From Fimbriosthenelais zetlandica (lineage: Eukaryota), in contig OZ365110.1 in NCBI GenBank assembly GCA_977030845.1, positions 27,032,001 to 27,096,000 on the forward strand: a stretch of 64,000 bases of DNA. The letters are read 5' to 3'. Below the pieces are notes generated by a model. That model saw only the letters and a list, made by a program, of their open reading frames with translations. It was not told the origin of the DNA and searched no databases. Within the stretch, counting starts at the first letter, position 1. Every line of letters starts with the position of its first letter. A program made the position numbers and the translations under genes. Shown here piece after piece: positions 60,703 to 64,000 of this stretch.

Positions 60703-63700
60703 AACCAAACTATTGCTTCAGAGTTATGCATAAAATTATGCTCTTCTTTGTCAATTGTTTGCAACAACTTTACAAAAAAGTGTTTATTCCTGCACCTTGA
60801 TTGAAGTCTTTGAACATTCTTTACATTCCTTTATGAAACCGCTTTTACAAAAAAGTTCATATTTCTTTTCCGTTTAGATGTTCTGTTTGATGGTAAAATG
60901 CATGTACAAAACCATGGATTCTCTAAATCGACTATAATTCCGCTTTCTAAAAAATGACTTTAATTGAAAAGATTTCAATCCCTTCTGGGAACACAGCGCA
61001 AGTCCTGACTAGAAAACCGAAAGGATCAGCTGACAGGGCTGTTTTATTTTTCATTTCCCCATCCGTATGAATGCATCAAACTTAACGTGAACATTTGTGT
61101 GGATTCATAAGGGAAAAACAAATCCATTACAAGATAATCGATCGGCAGGCGGAACACCAGCCTCCCCATGCAGCGATTACAATACGTATGAAAGCCATTC
61201 TTCTCGCTCCCCTCTGTTGACAAACACTTAAACTTTAAAGCCTTACGTCAACATTTCATTACACGCCCGTTCTGGAAGGTGAGGGTAAAAAATCTGATTG
61301 CCCCCCGCCTGGATGTTTGCGAGAGATCAAACAAGCCGGTAGGGCATAGAATGAGCTAGAGTTGGGGGTAAATAGGTGGGGTGCACTCGGTAAATAGAGG
61401 GGAGCATATGGTGCGGCTCTGCTGCAGCACCCGGGGTGAGAAAGGCAATGTCAGGAGATGATATTATTCTATGGGTGCTACTCAAATCTTCTGTTATAAC
61501 CATTATATCGCCACAACAATGCCTCTATTGAGCCCCAGCCTTATGATCCCTCTGGATTCTGGTCTCATGATGGGGCAGGTATGAGATTTAATTGTTCTGG
61601 GACTTGAAGGAAGCTCGCAGGGGGAGCTCGTGAGGCCCCGGTCCATACGGGGCTGATCCAAAGCCTGGCTGAATTCAAGTCGGCCTCCAGAGCCTAAACC
61701 TGCAGAGGGCACTGAGCGATGATTTAAAACAAACAATGGGAGATTGTTGCGAAAGCTGTGTTCTATGGGGGGCTGCAACACTCTCAGTGTTGTATCTGTG
61801 GAGATCTAGGTAGGAGCTGCTCCTCTGGGACCTGCTCCTGCTCCTGCTGCTCCCTGCCTGGTGCCTCACCAGCTCACTAGGCGGCAGTAGGGCTCTTATT
61901 TCTTCACTTCACAGCTGGCCGTCGCCGTGAGATGGCGCACCTGTGGTATCTTATCAGTTAGGAGCTGTAATCACCCATGTGTTGCGCCTACCATTTAAAC
62001 AGACCTGTCATCCAGCACTGCTTCTTCTCCTAAAACATTCTACTTCAATGCAAACACACCCCAGGCAGTGCGCGTATGCAGAAAACGTGTGCTGGAATTG
62101 ATAAGCTAGGCTTCCATGGCAAGGGACTATCCTAGACATAAACCTGTAGACGAATACATGTATTTACGATTATATATTATCTTGAATCTGAAATTACAAG
62201 ATTGTTATTTCGAGAATCATGATATGTCTATGTCCATTGCATTATAGATTCTGATGTTTCAATGTCTCAAACAAAGGAGTTATAGACCTACAGACTTATA
62301 TTTCACCATCTCATATTAATATATTTAGTTACATTTATTAATGAGGAATTAATGGTCAACTTTCATACAGTTCTTTAACTGAATATTATTCCCATTTATT
62401 ATTGCATTCATAGAAATCTGTGTGACATTTATGACTGAAAAAGATGGAAATGTATGGAAGGCATCTGATACAGTGTACTGGAGGCGTAACTTTAATCCCC
62501 GTGTAACGCTATATCTGCGGGCTAATGAATCACACTGAATGCTGATAGGACATGAAATATTTATCCGATTAAATGAGGCACGGTGACCGTGATTTATAAA
62601 ATGCTACAGGAGGCCTTTATATGGCTGGCCTTCAGTTATTTATAGCCAGAGTCAGCCTATAGGAAGCCAGGACTTGGCAGGCGTCCTCCATGCTATGACA
62701 TGGACAGACGATCACCCCCCTACACAGGTCAGCCCCCCTGACATAACCTTCACCCTAAAGTGTGTTTGAGGTCAGGGAAGTTTCAGACAGCGCTGGTCGC
62801 ACGTGAGGCAAAGGCCGGCCATACTGTATTTGCCGGCCACAAAAAAGATTTACCTCTGAGAGTTGGGAGTTCTTAGAATGGCAAACTTCTTAAGTTCCTT
62901 CCTCCAGCTCTTCTTATTTCCTAGATGTACTCGCTGCTTACTCTTGATACCAGGCACACATGCCACCCATTTGCCATGATGGCAAGCGAAAAACATGCTT
63001 TGTCATCTCGTCCTTGGCAGACGACATTTGTGCCAGGAAGTCTGCTGAGGACTACAAAATATCGTGTAATACCGGACGGGTTTTGTCCTTGTGTTGACAG
63101 TGTGGGCCTGTTGGGACGGAGCACTAAGCCTCCAGTGAAGCGAGTGGAGGCCGGCGGCAAATCACAATTTATGAGAGGGCCTGAATGGGAGGCGGGAAAC
63201 AGCCGGGGGTGGTACAGGCTCTGATAGCCCACAGCGACATGGCTAATATGGCCCCAGGTTTACTAATGGTCAGTGAATATACATGCCATCACCCCGGGCC
63301 AAGCTCCCATCAGGGTTTCCCATAGGTCGGTCCTGGACTTGCCTATTGGATCCATCACAAGTTCATATTATCTCTGGCTTTGACAGATGAGATACCATGA
63401 ATGACCTCTGGGCTTTGCTGGCGTCTTGCCCATAGAACACCAATGTGGGAATTTCACTAATAAAATCTCGGTTTGTGAGTTCAATATATATCGGTTTGGA
63501 ACTTAATACTATGCCATGTAATGTAATGCCTACTTTATATATACTACTTATACAGATTCCTGGCTATACGTCCAATTTCCATATACTACTATTTCAAAAT
63601 AAGTATTTCAGGAATAATGTTAAGCTTTGATGAACATTGTTTTTTCGTCTTTTGTTTGAAAACAAACAATGTGATTGTTTTATTGGCTCGACAAACTTCA

Positions 63701-64000
63701 TCTTTAATCTGAGATTTGAGAATTCTCCTTATTCCCCTGAATGCGAGCCTTAAGGAGAAATAATGGCCCAAAATATCATAGAGGTTGCTGGTGTGGATGC
63801 ACGATCATGAAAGATTCCAGTTGTCATAGATATGGCTGTTATTTCCTGTTTAAACCACGCCATGATGAAACCAAATTGACCCCATTACTAGATCCCCCCT
63901 CACTTAGCCCGCCTCACTGCTTATCGTTAACTCAAATCTGGAATTCATATGGGCTACACCCTGCAGGCGAAGCAGGGCAGTAAATCTCTATTTGCCATAC

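Noticed and set aside
62925-63224. 99-aa ORF starting right after an acceptor-like TTCTTATTTCCTAG
   Set aside because: Short AG-free zone (15 nt), no recognisable protein and only weak donors. Not supportable as an exon without RNA data.
1-64000. Prokaryotic-type systems (CRISPR arrays, operons, rRNA/tRNA genes)
   Set aside because: No regularly spaced repeats with spacers, very low coding density, and spliceosomal signals plus a LINE indicate animal nuclear DNA.

Overview
AT-rich metazoan nuclear DNA that is almost entirely non-coding. CpG looks depleted by eye outside a few short CpG-rich islands. The lineage is probably invertebrate deuterostome or echinoderm-like; this is an inference from composition and the frequent TAGGCCTA, not proven. 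The only protein-coding region I recognise is the reverse transcriptase of a recent, 5'-truncated CR1/L2-group LINE on the minus strand (about 49252-50968, with an A24 tail and a possible 5-bp TSD). No host exon could be identified. The strongest signal is three + strand sites at 17472, 35881 and 55484. Each has a 72-95 nt AG-free zone and a polypyrimidine tract ending in the identical 11-mer CAG|GTGAGTGA, so a 3' splice site is fused directly to a consensus 5' splice site. They are spaced 18.4 and 19.6 kb apart (17.9 kb without the LINE). This is the signature of recursive splice sites (ratchet points) and implies that most of the window lies in one giant + strand intron removed stepwise. The window also holds a near-identical A-B-C-A-C complex duplication with 2-bp microhomology junctions (57580-60702), several promoter/enhancer-like motif islands (ETS, NRF1, NF-Y, RFX X-box, E2F, YY1), perfect nuclear-receptor direct repeats (two DR2, one DR4, one DR5) and low-complexity purine tracts. 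All motif searches and counts were done by eye, so they may be incomplete.
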